Below, one piece after another: positions 63,863 to 64,000 of a stretch of 64,000 nucleotides of DNA (positions are counted from its first letter, which is position 1; the number at the start of each line of letters is the position of its first letter). A program made the position numbers and the translations under genes. This DNA is from Auanema rhodensis (taxonomy: Eukaryota > Animalia > Nematoda). The notes under the pieces were generated by a model. The model was not told where the DNA came from. It ran no database searches and saw only the letters and a list, made by a program, of their open reading frames with translations. The stretch is taken from contig OZ059900.1 of NCBI GenBank assembly GCA_964057225.1, forward strand, positions 10,044,001 through 10,108,000, written 5' to 3'.

Positions 63863-64000
63863 TCTCTAAAGGTTTGCTTAATTGGTATAATGAGCAAATG
63901 TTAGGTATATGAATATAGCATAAACTATATGAGATACAGAGAGGTTTAGAGAGAAAGTAAGATTGAATGCTTTTATCAAGTCATATGAAAATCAAAAAGA

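Overview
AT-rich genomic DNA from a rhabditid-type nematode (introns of about 45-60 nt, TTTCAG acceptors, nematode-type 5S and U2). Conserved genes: a DUF4140/DUF4139 (F37C4.5-like) gene, a large PPTP-repeat protein gene, a C2CD2/TMEM24-like C2+C1 gene, two bantam/mir-81/82-family miRNA hairpins on opposite strands, and gcy-31. The first 18 kb, plus an island at 40.8-43.5 kb, is an accessory compartment built around four identical 5S rRNA genes. Each 5S has a shared upstream module and is followed by a conserved GCTCTA..GCGSGA motif and a different lineage-specific multi-exon gene. This compartment also holds a U2 snRNA gene whose 3' three-quarters is amplified into a 15-unit tandem array starting exactly at the branch-site sequence. 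The array runs into the 5S upstream module, and a collinear U2 relic lies upstream of the distant 5S copy. This points to a dispersed U2-5S cassette carrying variable cargo genes. A 2.7-kb foldback element with tRNA-like segments and a hairpin-module array are also present. All gene models and alignments were made by hand, without database searches.
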